Part shown: piece by piece, positions 9,547 through 19,190 of the stretch
Layout of the letters: the number at the start of each line of letters is the position of its first letter
How positions within the stretch are numbered: the stretch's first letter is position 1
DNA from: Candidatus Latescibacterota bacterium
GTDB lineage: Bacteria; Latescibacterota; UBA2968; GCA-2709665
Reading direction: 5' to 3'
Length of the DNA stretch: 64,000 nt
Assembly (NCBI GenBank): GCA_965208835.1
Contig: OZ242358.1
Coordinates: 1,408,001-1,472,000 of the forward strand
Notes under the pieces: generated by a model
What the model saw: only the letters and a program-made list of their open reading frames with translations
What the model was told of the DNA's origin: nothing
Databases searched by the model: none
Translations under genes and position numbers: made by a program

Positions 9547-10340
9547 GGTTCGCGGTCGAGGTAGAAGAAGTGATGAGTGGGGCCGGGTCCTCGGCCGATG
9601 GAAAGGCCGTGGCGAATGGCTTCAATGACGTATATCTTCGCGTTTTCGACCGCAGATGCGAGGCGCTGGCCCCTGGCGAGGTTTGCCGTGATCGCTGCAG
9701 ACAGGGTGCAACCCGTGCCGTGCGGACTCGCGCCCGGAAGTCGTGCCCTGGAAAAGACGGTCTCGCCGGATGCGTCGTACAGCACATCTACCGCATCGTC
9801 GGAATCAGAGAGATGACCGCCTTTAACCAGCACGGCCTGGCAGCCTGATTCGAAGATGATGCGTGCCGCCTTCTTCGCGCTGTCCACAGTCTCGACGGGA
9901 ATACCTGCCAGCGATTGAGCCTCGCGCAGGTTGGGGGTAACGAGCGCGGCCAGGGGCAGCAGGCGCTCTTTGACGCTCACAACCGCTTCAGGTTCAAGCA
10001 GTTCGACGCCGCTGGAGGAGATCATCACGGGGTCGACGACGAGGTTCGGCGCGCCGTGTTCGGCGAGTTTCTCGGCGACGGCGTTGACTACCGGCTTGGA
10101 AGACAGCATCCCGGTTTTTACCGCGGAGACGTCGAAGTCATCGAAAATCACGTCGATCTGCGATCCGATGAAATCCACCGGCAGCTCGAAGGATTCCCTG
10201 ACCTCCGTCGTGTTCTGCGCGGTCACAGCCGTGATTACCGTGAGGCCGTAGGCGCCGTTGGCGTGAAAGGACTTGAGGTCAGCCTGGATGCCGGCGCCGC
10301 CGCCGGAGTCGGATCCGGCAATGGTGAGAACCTGTTTCAT
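9543..10340 (-). CDS. thiD: Hydroxymethylpyrimidine/phosphomethylpyrimidine kinase
   Basis: [43 protein letters not shown]; start ATG 10340 overlaps the upstream stop (ATGA). Confidence 0.95.
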   Translation of the reverse strand: MKQVLTIAGSDSGGGAGIQADLKSFHANGAYGLTVITAVTAQNTTEVRESFELPVDFIGSQIDVIFDDFDVSAVKTGMLSSKPVVNAVAEKLAEHGAPNLVVDPVMISSSGVELLEPEAVVSVKERLLPLAALVTPNLREAQSLAGIPVETVDSAKKAARIIFESGCQAVLVKGGHLSDSDDAVDVLYDASGETVFSRARLPGASPHGTGCTLSAAITANLARGQRLASAVENAKIYVIEAIRHGLSIGRGPGPTHHFFYLDREP

Positions 10341-11002
10341 GAGAGTTGCGGATGACGCGGGCCGGACGTGGACGCCCACGCCTCGAGATAGTCCCTCACG
10401 GCGGAACTGACGTGCCTTTCGGCGAGAATCCCCGACATGACGGCAATGCCCGCGGCGCCGTTCATTTTGCAGGCGGAAACCCGCCCGGGTATGATGCCGC
10501 CCAGCGCGTAGACGGGAAGGGAAGAGCAATCTGTGACGCGGCGAAGGGCCCGGGGTCCCACGCCCGGACCGTATCCGGGTTTGGAACCCGGGCTGTATAT
10601 GGGGCTGAACGTAACGAAATCCGCGCCTTCGGCCTTCCCGCATTCCGTTCTGTTGTGGGTTGAACGGCCAATGAGCAGGTGGCATCCGTATTGTCGCCGA
10701 ACGCTCCATGCATCCGGCCCTGATGACGGGAGGTGGACGCCGGCGGCGCCGACATCCCGCGCGAGCCCGGCATGGGTGTTTACGAGCAAACGCGCTTCGT
10801 AGTTCGAGGTTCGCCTCTGGAGACGCGCCGCGAGACGACGCAGCTCTCGCATTTCGAGATGTTTTTCACGCAACTGAACGAGGCGGACACCGGCGTCCAG
10901 CGCCTCCGCGAGGACGTCTTCCAGTTTACGGGGCGCACACGTCGCGCGGTCCGCGATCAGATAAAGGGGCGGCAGGTCCGGTACATCCCGAGGCTCACTC
11001 AT
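10337..11002 (-). CDS. ThiE/TenI-family protein (thiazole tautomerase-like)
   Basis: ThiE fold (QLREK, FSPIY, YALGGI), but VNTH and GVHLPSS replace VNDR and HLGQDD; lies between thiG and thiD; start ATG 11002. Confidence 0.75.
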   Translation of the reverse strand: MSEPRDVPDLPPLYLIADRATCAPRKLEDVLAEALDAGVRLVQLREKHLEMRELRRLAARLQRRTSNYEARLLVNTHAGLARDVGAAGVHLPSSGPDAWSVRRQYGCHLLIGRSTHNRTECGKAEGADFVTFSPIYSPGSKPGYGPGVGPRALRRVTDCSSLPVYALGGIIPGRVSACKMNGAAGIAVMSGILAERHVSSAVRDYLEAWASTSGPRHPQLS

Positions 11003-11774
11003 GGGTGACCGCGCCCTCCGTGGGCGTGGAAGCCGTGGCATACAGCTTCTTCGGGATGCGTCCGGCCTCGTACGCCAGCCGGCCCGCGCGAACGGCCTGA
11101 CCCATGGCTTCGGCCATGAGTACGGGACGGCGGGCGCCTGACACGGCTGTATTCAGCATCACGCCGTGGCATCCGAGCTCCATCGCCACCGCGGCGTCGG
11201 AAGCGGTTCCCACCCCCGCGTCGACGATCACGGGGACGTCGACAGTGTCGAGGATGATGCGTAGATTGTAGGGGTTGCGAATGCCCATCCCCGAGCCGAT
11301 GGGCGCACCGAGCGGCATCACCGCGGCGCAACCCGCGTCTTCCAGCTTCCTGCAGGTAACGGGGTCGTCGTTGCAGTAAGGCAACACCGTAAATCCGTCC
11401 CGAATCAGTTCGTCGGTCGCCTCCAGCAGCCCCGCGACGTCGGGGAAGAGGGTGTCCTCGTCTCCGATCACCTCCAGTTTGATCAGGTCGGTTTCCAGGG
11501 CTTCGCGCGCGAGCCTGGCCGTAAGCACGGCGTCCCGTGCGGTAAAACATCCGGCGGTGTTCGGCAACAGTGCATATTTCTCCCGGTCGATCAGATCGAT
11601 CAGGCTTTCGCCGGAAGGGTCCTCCAGATTGATTCGCCGGATACCGACGGTAACGATTTCCGCGCCGCTCGCACGGATCGCGTCCAGCATGACCTGCAGG
11701 TTGGGATACCGCGCGGTCCCGATAATGAGCCGGGAACCGTAGGTCGTGCCGGCAATGGTCAGGCCATCAGACAT
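10995..11774 (-). CDS. thiG: Thiazole synthase
   Basis: [42 protein letters not shown]; start ATG 11774. Confidence 0.97.
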   Translation of the reverse strand: MSDGLTIAGTTYGSRLIIGTARYPNLQVMLDAIRASGAEIVTVGIRRINLEDPSGESLIDLIDREKYALLPNTAGCFTARDAVLTARLAREALETDLIKLEVIGDEDTLFPDVAGLLEATDELIRDGFTVLPYCNDDPVTCRKLEDAGCAAVMPLGAPIGSGMGIRNPYNLRIILDTVDVPVIVDAGVGTASDAAVAMELGCHGVMLNTAVSGARRPVLMAEAMGQAVRAGRLAYEAGRIPKKLYATASTPTEGAVTHE

Positions 11775-11848
11775 TTTGTCCCTCTTGCGACAACAGTTCG
11801 CTATCACGGTCCGCCGGAGTCAGGCGGACGCCCGCCGTGAGCAGGACA

Positions 11849-12055
11849 CTATCCGCCCTGGACCGCGGCGATGATGTCCACCCTGTCTCCGCTGCCGAGT
11901 CGCGTTGAACACCACTTCGCTCTGACGACGATTTCGGCATTGACCGCAACCGCGATGCCCTTTCGGTCAGGGTCGTGGGCAAGATCGATCAGCAGGTCCC
12001 GGATGGAGATGCCGCTCTCGACGTTTTTGTTTTCTCCGTTCAAAGTGATCTGCAT
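11849..12055 (-). CDS. thiS: Sulfur carrier protein ThiS
   Basis: 68 aa; MQITLNGE, IAVAVN and C-terminal VQGG. Confidence 0.96.
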   Translation of the reverse strand: MQITLNGENKNVESGISIRDLLIDLAHDPDRKGIAVAVNAEIVVRAKWCSTRLGSGDRVDIIAAVQGG

Positions 12056-12066
12056 CGCGTCAGGAC

Positions 12067-13203
12067 TCAGGCGGCGAAGCGGTCGATGCCGAAAGGCCGG
12101 ATATCTTCGGGCGTGTTGCCGGTCAGCACCAGTTCCGCGATGGCGTCCGCGGTGACGGGCGCCAGCAGGATCCCCTTGCGGTAATGTCCCGTGGCCATAA
12201 TGAGGCCGTGAATGGGAGTCTTGCCCAGGATGGGCGCATCGTCCCTGCTGCCCGGGCGAAGACCTGCGGCGGTTTCGATGATCGGCAGGTCGTAGATTCC
12301 CGGTACCACCTCCCAGGCGGCGCGCAGGAGTTCGAAGATACCGCCCGCCGTCAGGCTGTCGTCGAAACCCATTTCTTCAGAAGTCGCTCCCAGCACCAGA
12401 TGTCCGCCGTACTTCGGACACAGGTAGGCAACCGCCGATGACGCGGCCCGGTTGTACCATACGATGGTTTTCAGCGTGCAGTCCTGAGTCATCTGCAGGC
12501 GAAGGATCTGGCCGCGGACGGGGCGGACCGGTGGCATGGCGGGACCGGGCAGACCCGGAATGAGACGCGACCAGCATCCCGCGGCGAGTATGATTGTGGC
12601 CGCACGGTACGATTTGTCTCCGGCTGCAATGCCGCGGACCCGTTCATGTGCGACGTCGATGCCTTCGACCGGTGTGGATTCCACAAGGGATCCGCCGGCC
12701 TTGACAAAGGCTCCCCGCAGGGCTCTGACCATCAGGCGATTGTCCACCTGGTGGTCTCCCGGGCACCAGACCGCCGCGCCGACCTGGGGCGAGAGCTGAG
12801 GCTCCCGCTCCCGCGCCCGTGCGCCGCTCATCCATTCCACGGGCAGGCCGAGGTCCCTCTGGTAGTCATAGCGGAAACGTAGATATTCGATATCGTCGCG
12901 GGTGACACCCACCAGAAGGACGCCGTCGGGGCGATAACCCACGGACAGGCCGCTTTCGGATTCGAGTTCCCCGACGAACTCCGGGAACCTCTCCAGACTC
13001 TTGAGGCCAAGCTTCAGCAGTGCTTCCTCTTCGTGGCGCACCTCCGCTAGCGGCGTGAGCATCCCGGCGGAAGCGTGGCTGGCAGCCTGGCCCGCACGAT
13101 CCCGATCGAAGATCAGGACGTCCCGCCCAGCCCTGGCAAGTCGCCAGCCGATGCCGAGTCCGATAATGCCGGCGCCGACGATAATGATCCGGTCCGATGG
13201 CAA
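12067..13203 (-). CDS. thiO: Glycine oxidase
   Basis: GAGIIG FAD motif, ASAGML, PVRGQ, GLRPGS, GHYRKGILLAP; first gene of the thi operon. Confidence 0.93.
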   Translation of the reverse strand: MPSDRIIIVGAGIIGLGIGWRLARAGRDVLIFDRDRAGQAASHASAGMLTPLAEVRHEEEALLKLGLKSLERFPEFVGELESESGLSVGYRPDGVLLVGVTRDDIEYLRFRYDYQRDLGLPVEWMSGARAREREPQLSPQVGAAVWCPGDHQVDNRLMVRALRGAFVKAGGSLVESTPVEGIDVAHERVRGIAAGDKSYRAATIILAAGCWSRLIPGLPGPAMPPVRPVRGQILRLQMTQDCTLKTIVWYNRAASSAVAYLCPKYGGHLVLGATSEEMGFDDSLTAGGIFELLRAAWEVVPGIYDLPIIETAAGLRPGSRDDAPILGKTPIHGLIMATGHYRKGILLAPVTADAIAELVLTGNTPEDIRPFGIDRFAA

Positions 13204-13218
13204 CTGAAACGGTCCTAA

Positions 13219-13403
13219 GAAGCTGTCTTAAAACTCCCGGCGGTCTTCGCACGGCTGCAAAAGCGCCGGTCGGCGTTGGTCAAACCCGCCCGTCTTACGA
13301 GATCGAGGCTGCGCTTGCTCGCCTCTCATAGGCCGGTTTTCCGCCTTGACCGCCACTTTTTCGCTCGCGCTCGGGAACTCACCGGTAATTTTAAAACAGC
13401 TTC
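13219..13403. mobile_element. MITE family A, copy 1 (185 bp)
   Basis: 15-bp TIRs GAAGCTGTCTTAAAA / TTTTAAAACAGCTTC; flanks TAA/CAA; near-identical to 47872-48057; no transposase. Confidence 0.88.
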
Positions 13404-13404
13404 C

Positions 13405-13442
13405 AAAAAAGCCGCCGCCTTCGATCAGGTCGAAAAGCGGCC
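13405..13442 (-). terminator. Intrinsic terminator of the TPP riboswitch expression platform
   Basis: Minus strand GCCGCTTTTCGA-CCTGA-TCGAAGGCGGC, then GGC and TTTTTT, just 3' of the aptamer. Confidence 0.7.
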
Positions 13443-13454
13443 GGGGTGCGGTTC

Positions 13455-13535
13455 CTGGACTCCCTGCGCCGGCATAATCCGGATCAGGTTCAAAGGGTAT
13501 GTTCTCAGCTCGGCAGGCGAGCACCCCTGCGTTGT
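13455..13535 (-). ncRNA. TPP riboswitch (THI box)
   Basis: Minus strand GCAGGGGTGC..GCTGAGAACATACCCTTTGAACCTGATCCGGATTATGCCGGCGCAGGGA matches the THI consensus; lies upstream of the thi operon. Confidence 0.96.
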
Positions 13536-13544
13536 AATGGAAAC

Positions 13545-13573
13545 AAGATAGTCGTACTGCCGGCCTCCGTCAA
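13545..13573 (-). promoter_or_regulatory. Sigma70-like promoter of the thi operon
   Basis: TTGACG-17 nt-TATCTT immediately upstream of the riboswitch. Confidence 0.65.
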
Positions 13574-13622
13574 GCGAATCCGCTTGACATCGATGGGCGA
13601 TTGATTATTAAAGGCGGTGAAA

Positions 13623-13961
13623 AGGCAGAAGAGAGGAGTGAGGAGTGAGGAGTGAGAAGACTGAGTCCTCTGAATCTGAAAATCGCCGAATTGTGACTTC
13701 AGATCGCTGCTGTCCAAAAACGGAAAAAGATCAACTGCGAAAAACGCGAAATGGCGAAAAAATAGTATTAAAGCAACAACAAAATTACGAAAGTCGCGGA
13801 ATTACGCGAAATATACGTATCAAAAAAACGTCCACGGCCGATGGCAAAACGAGTCGGTCCTACCTTCGCGAAGACTCTCCTGCAGCATCGGATCATCGCC
13901 GTGCGATTTGCGCCTTGTCGTATTTTCGTATTCTCGCGCCTTTCTTCCTTCTTCCTTCTTT
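13623..13961. repeat. Nested 7-mer and 8-mer periodic inverted arms
   Basis: (GAGGAGT)x3 at 13633; TTCTTCC repeats near 13942; 8-nt CG-periodic runs at about 13737-13820 and 13905-13938. Confidence 0.65.
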
Positions 13962-13972
13962 AAGGGGGTAAT

Positions 13973-15160
13973 GTGACGGATCTAAAGTTCAAGGTTCAGG
14001 CCGGGCCTCACCGGCGAGTCAACTGTCCGGTCTCCGTATTCGTGAAGAGGCCGGGCACGATGCAACACGTCGTCGACCTTCTTGATCGACCGGGGACGAA
14101 TGTCAGACTTCTGGGTCCGGGCGGCGCCATCCCATGTCAGGTGCATCGTGAGGAGGACGGCGTTCGGGTAAGCTGGATTGTAGACGATCTGGAGGCGGGT
14201 GAGACGGCGGACTACGGTTTGGAGGATGGAGAGCACGCGGCGTCCGGCGGCGGGGTTGAACTGTCGGAAGCCGACAGCAGGATTCAGGTGCGGATCGACG
14301 GCAACTGCTTTACGAACTATTGCTACGGGAAAGACCTCGTGCGCCCACACCTGTACCCGGTAATCGGTCCGTACGGCGATGGAATCACGCGACCGCTGAT
14401 CGATGAGGGAGAGGGAGACCATCACCATCACCGGTCCATCTGGATTTCGCATGGCCACGTAAACGGATGGAACAACTGGGGCGAAGGCGAGGGCCACGCG
14501 TGGACCCGGCATCAGCGTTTCGACGACCTCGAAAGCGGACCGGTCTACGGCCGGGTCGTATCCATCAGCAACTGGGAGGGCGCGGACGACTGGCGGGGAG
14601 AGCACGGATCGAACGTGATCTGCGAGGAACGGGCTGCGTGGACGTTCTACCGTACGGGGTCGGACGTGCGGATCTTCGAGCTGCACGTCACGCTGACAGC
14701 ACCGAAGATCGACGTGCTCTTCGGCGACACGAAGGAAGGCGGCCTGGCATCGATTCGTGTTGCCGAATCCATGGAAGTCAGGTCCGGCCAGGGCGGTAAA
14801 ATCGAAAACGCAATCGGGGGCGTCAACGAGGACGAAACGTGGGGCAAACGGGCGGCCTGGTGCCACTATACCGGGCCGGTGAACGGCAACCGCGTGGGCG
14901 TGGCCATCATGGACCATCCCGACAGCTTCAGGCATCCCACGTACTGGCACGTGCGCAACTACGGCCTGATGACGGCCAATCCCTTCGGACATTCGCATTT
15001 TTACGCCGACCCGCAACGGCGCGGGAACCACGTACTGCCGCCAGGCGAGTCCCTGACCGGCCGCTACAGGTTCTACGTACACAAGGGAGACGCGTCAGAG
15101 GGTGAGATCGCGGAGCGCTATCATGACTTCGCGCATCCGCCGATCGTGGAGGTCGGTTAG
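13973..15160 (+). CDS. DUF6807 ('PmoA-like' PF14100-type) family protein, probably carbohydrate-related
   Basis: RPHLYPV, DHHHHRSIW, FGDTKEGG, WGKRAAWC, DHP..WHVRNYGLMTANPFG. Confidence 0.8.
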   Translation: MTDLKFKVQAGPHRRVNCPVSVFVKRPGTMQHVVDLLDRPGTNVRLLGPGGAIPCQVHREEDGVRVSWIVDDLEAGETADYGLEDGEHAASGGGVELSEADSRIQVRIDGNCFTNYCYGKDLVRPHLYPVIGPYGDGITRPLIDEGEGDHHHHRSIWISHGHVNGWNNWGEGEGHAWTRHQRFDDLESGPVYGRVVSISNWEGADDWRGEHGSNVICEERAAWTFYRTGSDVRIFELHVTLTAPKIDVLFGDTKEGGLASIRVAESMEVRSGQGGKIENAIGGVNEDETWGKRAAWCHYTGPVNGNRVGVAIMDHPDSFRHPTYWHVRNYGLMTANPFGHSHFYADPQRRGNHVLPPGESLTGRYRFYVHKGDASEGEIAERYHDFAHPPIVEVG

Positions 15161-15206
15161 TCAGTATGCGAACGGCGCCAACGCGTCGAAGGAAGTGTGT
15201 TCTCAG

Positions 15207-16646
15207 ATGGTCGATTCGGTCGAGCGACCCCATATCGTCTTCATCACCACGGACCAGCAGCGGGGCGACTGCACCGGAATCGACGGTCACCCGACTCTCG
15301 AAACGCCCCATCTGGACCAGCTCGCCAACGAGGGCGTGTATTTTCCCAGGGCGTATTCGCCATGTCCGGTATGTGTGCCCGCGCGCATGGTGATGATGAC
15401 GGGGCAGTCTCCCTTCTATTCAGGGTATTTCACCAATTCGAGCAGGGCGCTCGGAACCACCGACACCCTGCCCCGGATTCTGGGCCGACTCGGGTATCAG
15501 ACACAGCTGATCGGCAAGGCGCATTTCAGTCCCCAGCGGGCGAGGCTGGGGTTCGACAATACGATCATCAACGAGTCGGGCCGGTACCGCGAGGGCGACG
15601 ATTATCACCGGTGGTTAAAAAAAACGCCTTACGCGGGTCTCGAGAGGGCAACGAGTATCGGGAATAACGACGTGTTCTCGCGGAGATCGGTGGTTCCCGA
15701 GACCCATCACGTGAACACCTGGACGGCGAACGAATGTGTTGAATTCCTGGACAGGCGGGATCCCACCTGTCCGTTTTTTCTGTGGATGTCATTCAGCCGG
15801 CCGCATTCGCAGTACGATCCCCCGGCGCCGTACGACACGTGGTACGATCCGGATGACGTGCCGCCGCCCATCGCCGCGCCCGGCGACGATTTCCTGCCGC
15901 CTGAACTGCAGGAAGCGCCGCTGCGTTACGATTGGGACCGCATGTCCCCCGCGAGGATCGCCCGTGCACGAGGGCATTACCTCGGACAGATTACCCATAT
16001 CGACCATCAGATCGGACGGTTTTTCGCCGCGCTTCGCTGGAAGGGATTGTGGGACAATACGCTGGTGATTTTTACATCGGACCATGGGGATATGATGGGG
16101 GACTTCGGACTCTTCTTCAAGTCCCACTTTTTCGAAGGTTCAGGTCGGGTTCCGCTGATTTTGCGGCCGCCGAGAAGCTGGGAGGGGACGGTTCCCGCAT
16201 TGAGATACGAGAAGCCGGTGTCGCTTATCGACATATTGCCCACACTCGTCTCGGCGGCTGGCGGCCGCGTCCCCGAGCAGGCGGACGGGTTGTCGCTACT
16301 GCCGGCGCTGGATGGAGACGATCCGGTCGGCGGCCGGATTTTCCACGGTGAAATCGGTGCGGAAGCGCGCCGCCACCATTGCATGACAGACGGGCGGTAC
16401 AAGTATATGTGGTTCCGTCTCGGCGGCCGGGAGTACTTGTTCGATCTTGAGGTCGATCCGAACGAAGTGAACAACCTTGCAGGGGATGAGGCCGTGATTG
16501 CCGTCTGGAGAAACCGGTTGATCGAACTTCTCGATTCGCGCGGCGATTCCGCGGTGAAAGACGGCGCGCTGGTCGATACGCCATTTAAATCCACTGGTGA
16601 AGCGGAGTTGCGGGCGGCGGACCCGTTCGGGCGAAGGCCGCATTAG
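15207..16646 (+). CDS. Sulfatase (formylglycine-dependent, S1)
   Basis: ITTDQQR, CVPAR (CxPxR), GKAH, SDHG; start ATG 15207. Confidence 0.93.
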   Translation: MVDSVERPHIVFITTDQQRGDCTGIDGHPTLETPHLDQLANEGVYFPRAYSPCPVCVPARMVMMTGQSPFYSGYFTNSSRALGTTDTLPRILGRLGYQTQLIGKAHFSPQRARLGFDNTIINESGRYREGDDYHRWLKKTPYAGLERATSIGNNDVFSRRSVVPETHHVNTWTANECVEFLDRRDPTCPFFLWMSFSRPHSQYDPPAPYDTWYDPDDVPPPIAAPGDDFLPPELQEAPLRYDWDRMSPARIARARGHYLGQITHIDHQIGRFFAALRWKGLWDNTLVIFTSDHGDMMGDFGLFFKSHFFEGSGRVPLILRPPRSWEGTVPALRYEKPVSLIDILPTLVSAAGGRVPEQADGLSLLPALDGDDPVGGRIFHGEIGAEARRHHCMTDGRYKYMWFRLGGREYLFDLEVDPNEVNNLAGDEAVIAVWRNRLIELLDSRGDSAVKDGALVDTPFKSTGEAELRAADPFGRRPH

Positions 16647-16735
16647 CGTGCAATGGCGTGAAAACGAGCGTTTCCGGTCGCTGCATGCATCCGCGCCGGG
16701 GTTTGATTGAGACGTGAAACGGGGGTCTGGTCTCT

Positions 16736-17218
16736 TTGGCTGAATCTCTCGAAGTGCGGCTGTGCGAATTGATGATCGAGCGGGGATGGACCCTTTCGGT
16801 CGCAGAGACCACGACGGGCGGGTTGATCAGTTCCCGCATTGTGAGCGTGCCGGGCAGTTCTGCTTTTTTCGATCGCGGACTGGTGCCTTACAGTGCCGGA
16901 GCCAAGATCCAGGCGCTTGGGTTAACGGAGTCTCTGCTGAAGCGCTGTGGCGCCGTGAGTGTGGAAGTGGCCTCAGCCATGGCTGAAGCCGTGGGCAGGA
17001 CAAGCCATTCTACGCTGGGTCTGGCGGAAACGGGCATCGCGGGGCCGATTCGCGGAAGGTCGCCAAAGCCGTTGGGGACGGCGTATATCGCGCTTTGGAC
17101 GCCGGAGGGTGTCCGATGTGAACGCTTTGTGTTCGGAGGCGACCGAAATGCGATTCGCGAACGGATTGCGGAGCAGGCCCTGGCAACGGTGGTTGCGTAT
17201 TTGGAAGATGCCGCTTGA
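16736..17218 (+). CDS. CinA C-terminal/PncC-like NMN deamidase family protein
   Basis: SVAETTTGG, PGSSAFF, GAVS, TGIAGP; ETT replaces the usual ESC, so activity is uncertain. Confidence 0.85.
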   Translation: MAESLEVRLCELMIERGWTLSVAETTTGGLISSRIVSVPGSSAFFDRGLVPYSAGAKIQALGLTESLLKRCGAVSVEVASAMAEAVGRTSHSTLGLAETGIAGPIRGRSPKPLGTAYIALWTPEGVRCERFVFGGDRNAIRERIAEQALATVVAYLEDAA

Positions 17219-17243
17219 CACCGGCTGTTCATTGACATACATT
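17215..17243 (+). promoter_or_regulatory. Sigma70-like promoter upstream of infA
   Basis: TTGACA-17 nt-TACATT. Confidence 0.65.
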
Positions 17244-17290
17244 GAAACCTCGACCTGAAGAAGGTCTACTAAACTCAAGCTGGAGGTCGC

Positions 17291-17575
17291 ATGGCAAAAG
17301 AGGAAAAGGTCTCACTCGAAGGAACCGTCGCGGATACGCTTCCGGACGGGCAGTACATGGTGGAAGTGGAGGGTGGTCATCAGATTCTGGGATATACGTC
17401 GGGAAAGATGCGGCGTTTCAATATTCGGGTACTGGTGGGCGATCGGGTGACCATCGAGACCTCGCCTTACGATCTCAATCGCGGACGCATCGTGTGGCTG
17501 CACCGGCTGCCCCCGCCGGAAGATGCGGGCGGAAAGCGCAGAACGGGTGGCAACCGCCCCAGGCGCCGGCGCTAG
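17291..17575 (+). CDS. infA: Translation initiation factor IF-1 with C-terminal extension
   Basis: MAKEE..LEGTV..LP..SGKMR..IRVLVGDRV..SPYDL.RGRI; SD GGAGG. Confidence 0.95.
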   Translation: MAKEEKVSLEGTVADTLPDGQYMVEVEGGHQILGYTSGKMRRFNIRVLVGDRVTIETSPYDLNRGRIVWLHRLPPPEDAGGKRRTGGNRPRRRR

Positions 17576-17787
17576 TCGGTCGGTCATTATTTGTTGTAAA
17601 CAAAAGAAGTTACAATCCACACGGACTTCTGTGCGAAAGGCATGCGCTTACCGCGTTATGCTGGGTGAGTATCTACAGATCTTCACGTGCTCGGGCCGAA
17701 TCTGAATATCGATCGGCCTGTTTGTTTCTCCCCGCACCCACGTCGCCTTCCCCCGAGTCAGGCCAAAACCCGCCCAATCTTACGTGA

Positions 17788-17915
17788 GAACGAGTTTACG
17801 AAACTACGAAAAACCGGGAATGCCTCACTCGCCTGTTCGCACTCTCGCCTTTTCGTCTACTCGTTTCCTCGTATTCTCGTCTATTCGTATTCTCGTCTTC
17901 TCGCCTGCGTTCGCC
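17788..17915. repeat. Degenerate octamer tandem tract (NNNNNTCG, about 10 units) with a short complementary arm
   Basis: cctgttcg cactctcg ccttttcg tctactcg tttcctcg tattctcg tctattcg tattctcg tcttctcg, preceded by aacgagtttacgaaactacgaaaa. Confidence 0.8.
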
Positions 17916-18629
17916 ATGGAAAATGGAAGGTGTACAATAGAGACTTCGGACTATGCCCGATTCCTGTCTGAACTAGAGGATCAGAGTGTCGATCTGATCT
18001 TGACCGACCCTCCATATACCATAAGCCGCAAGACTGGATTCAAGCACGTTGGGCCCAGGAGTGTCGAGCGGTTCGCCGTGGGCATGGATTTTGGTGCATG
18101 GGACCACGCCAGGATCGACCTGGACGTTTTGGCCGAACAGGCATTGCGTGTACTCCGACGAGGTGGAACAGCGATCATTTTTTACGACTTGTGGAAGATG
18201 AGCTATCTGGCTGACAGCATGAATAATGCCGGCTTCAAGCAATTGCGTTTCATCGAGTGGGTTAAGAAAAATCCCGTTCCGCTCAATAGCAAACGCAACT
18301 ACCTCACAAACAGCAGAGAGATTGCTGTATCGGGTGTCAGGTCGGGCAAACCAACCTTCCATAGTGAATACGACAACGGGATATACTCTTTTCCCATACC
18401 GAACAATGGAAAAAGACGTCATCCAACTCAAAAGCCAATGTCGTTGTTCAGAGAATTGATTGAGAAACACAGCAACCACGGCGACTTGGTGGTCGATCCA
18501 TTTCTTGGATCGGGGACCACCGCGATAGCTGCATTGAGCCTTTCACGATGTTTCAGCGGGTGCGATATCGACAGCAACTACGTTGAAATAGCGAAAGAAC
18601 GAGTCAATGAGGCTGAACAGGACTTCTGA
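17916..18629 (+). CDS. Site-specific DNA methyltransferase (N4-C/N6-A, beta class), orphan in this window
   Basis: TDPPY precedes HPTQKP and DPFLGSGTT; start taken as ATG 17916. Confidence 0.92.
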   Translation: MENGRCTIETSDYARFLSELEDQSVDLILTDPPYTISRKTGFKHVGPRSVERFAVGMDFGAWDHARIDLDVLAEQALRVLRRGGTAIIFYDLWKMSYLADSMNNAGFKQLRFIEWVKKNPVPLNSKRNYLTNSREIAVSGVRSGKPTFHSEYDNGIYSFPIPNNGKRRHPTQKPMSLFRELIEKHSNHGDLVVDPFLGSGTTAIAALSLSRCFSGCDIDSNYVEIAKERVNEAEQDF

Positions 18630-19144
18630 CGAATCGAAGTTGACCGTGCCGAGGAAACGCGATGACGAAAAAGAGGAATCTAGCGAAGCGCAAGACAGAT
18701 CCCCCGTCCGCTGGATCGTCGCCGGAAGCAGTCGACGGATCGCCTGAAAACGTAAAGCGTGCTCCACTGACCTCGCGTCAAAGAGTACCTGGCGGGCGGA
18801 AGTACCTCGATCGGAGTCGATAGAGAACACAGGCAGAAAGACCAATATCCACTCTGGCTCGACCATCACTATTTAAGAGGCCAGGGTGCCATTGCCGCGC
18901 TAAGTGAAGCGACAATACGTTGCCGCCGTGTGGTGTGTTTTGCTACTTGAAAGTTTTCGTCGCAAGCGCTGCGATGGAATAGTGTCGCCTGCCAGACGCC
19001 AAAGGGAGAAGAGCTGATTTCCGCGATAACTGGCCGCACGACACCTGTCTCGAACGTACCCCCAATCGAAGCTCCGCCATAGGTGTAAGATTGGCAATAC
19101 GCACGCTTAAGTGCGTTTGATTATTGCCATGTATCTGCAATTTA

Positions 19145-19190
19145 AAGGAGCCGCCCAATACCCATTTGGACGGCTCCTTCGTCTTTCTCG
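19145..19190 (+). terminator. Hairpin, putative terminator
   Basis: AAGGAGCCG..CGGCTCCTT followed by a pyrimidine-rich tail. Confidence 0.45.

Noticed and set aside
10341-10709. Long N-terminal extension of ThiD
   Set aside because: Overlaps the TenI-like gene in another frame; the family start is [11 protein letters not shown].
13228-13551. ORFs similar to those at 47881-48220
   Set aside because: Similarity comes from MITE A; they also overlap the riboswitch.
13973-15160. Methane monooxygenase PmoA
   Set aside because: The family label is misleading: the protein is soluble, has no pmoB/pmoC neighbours and sits beside a sulfatase.
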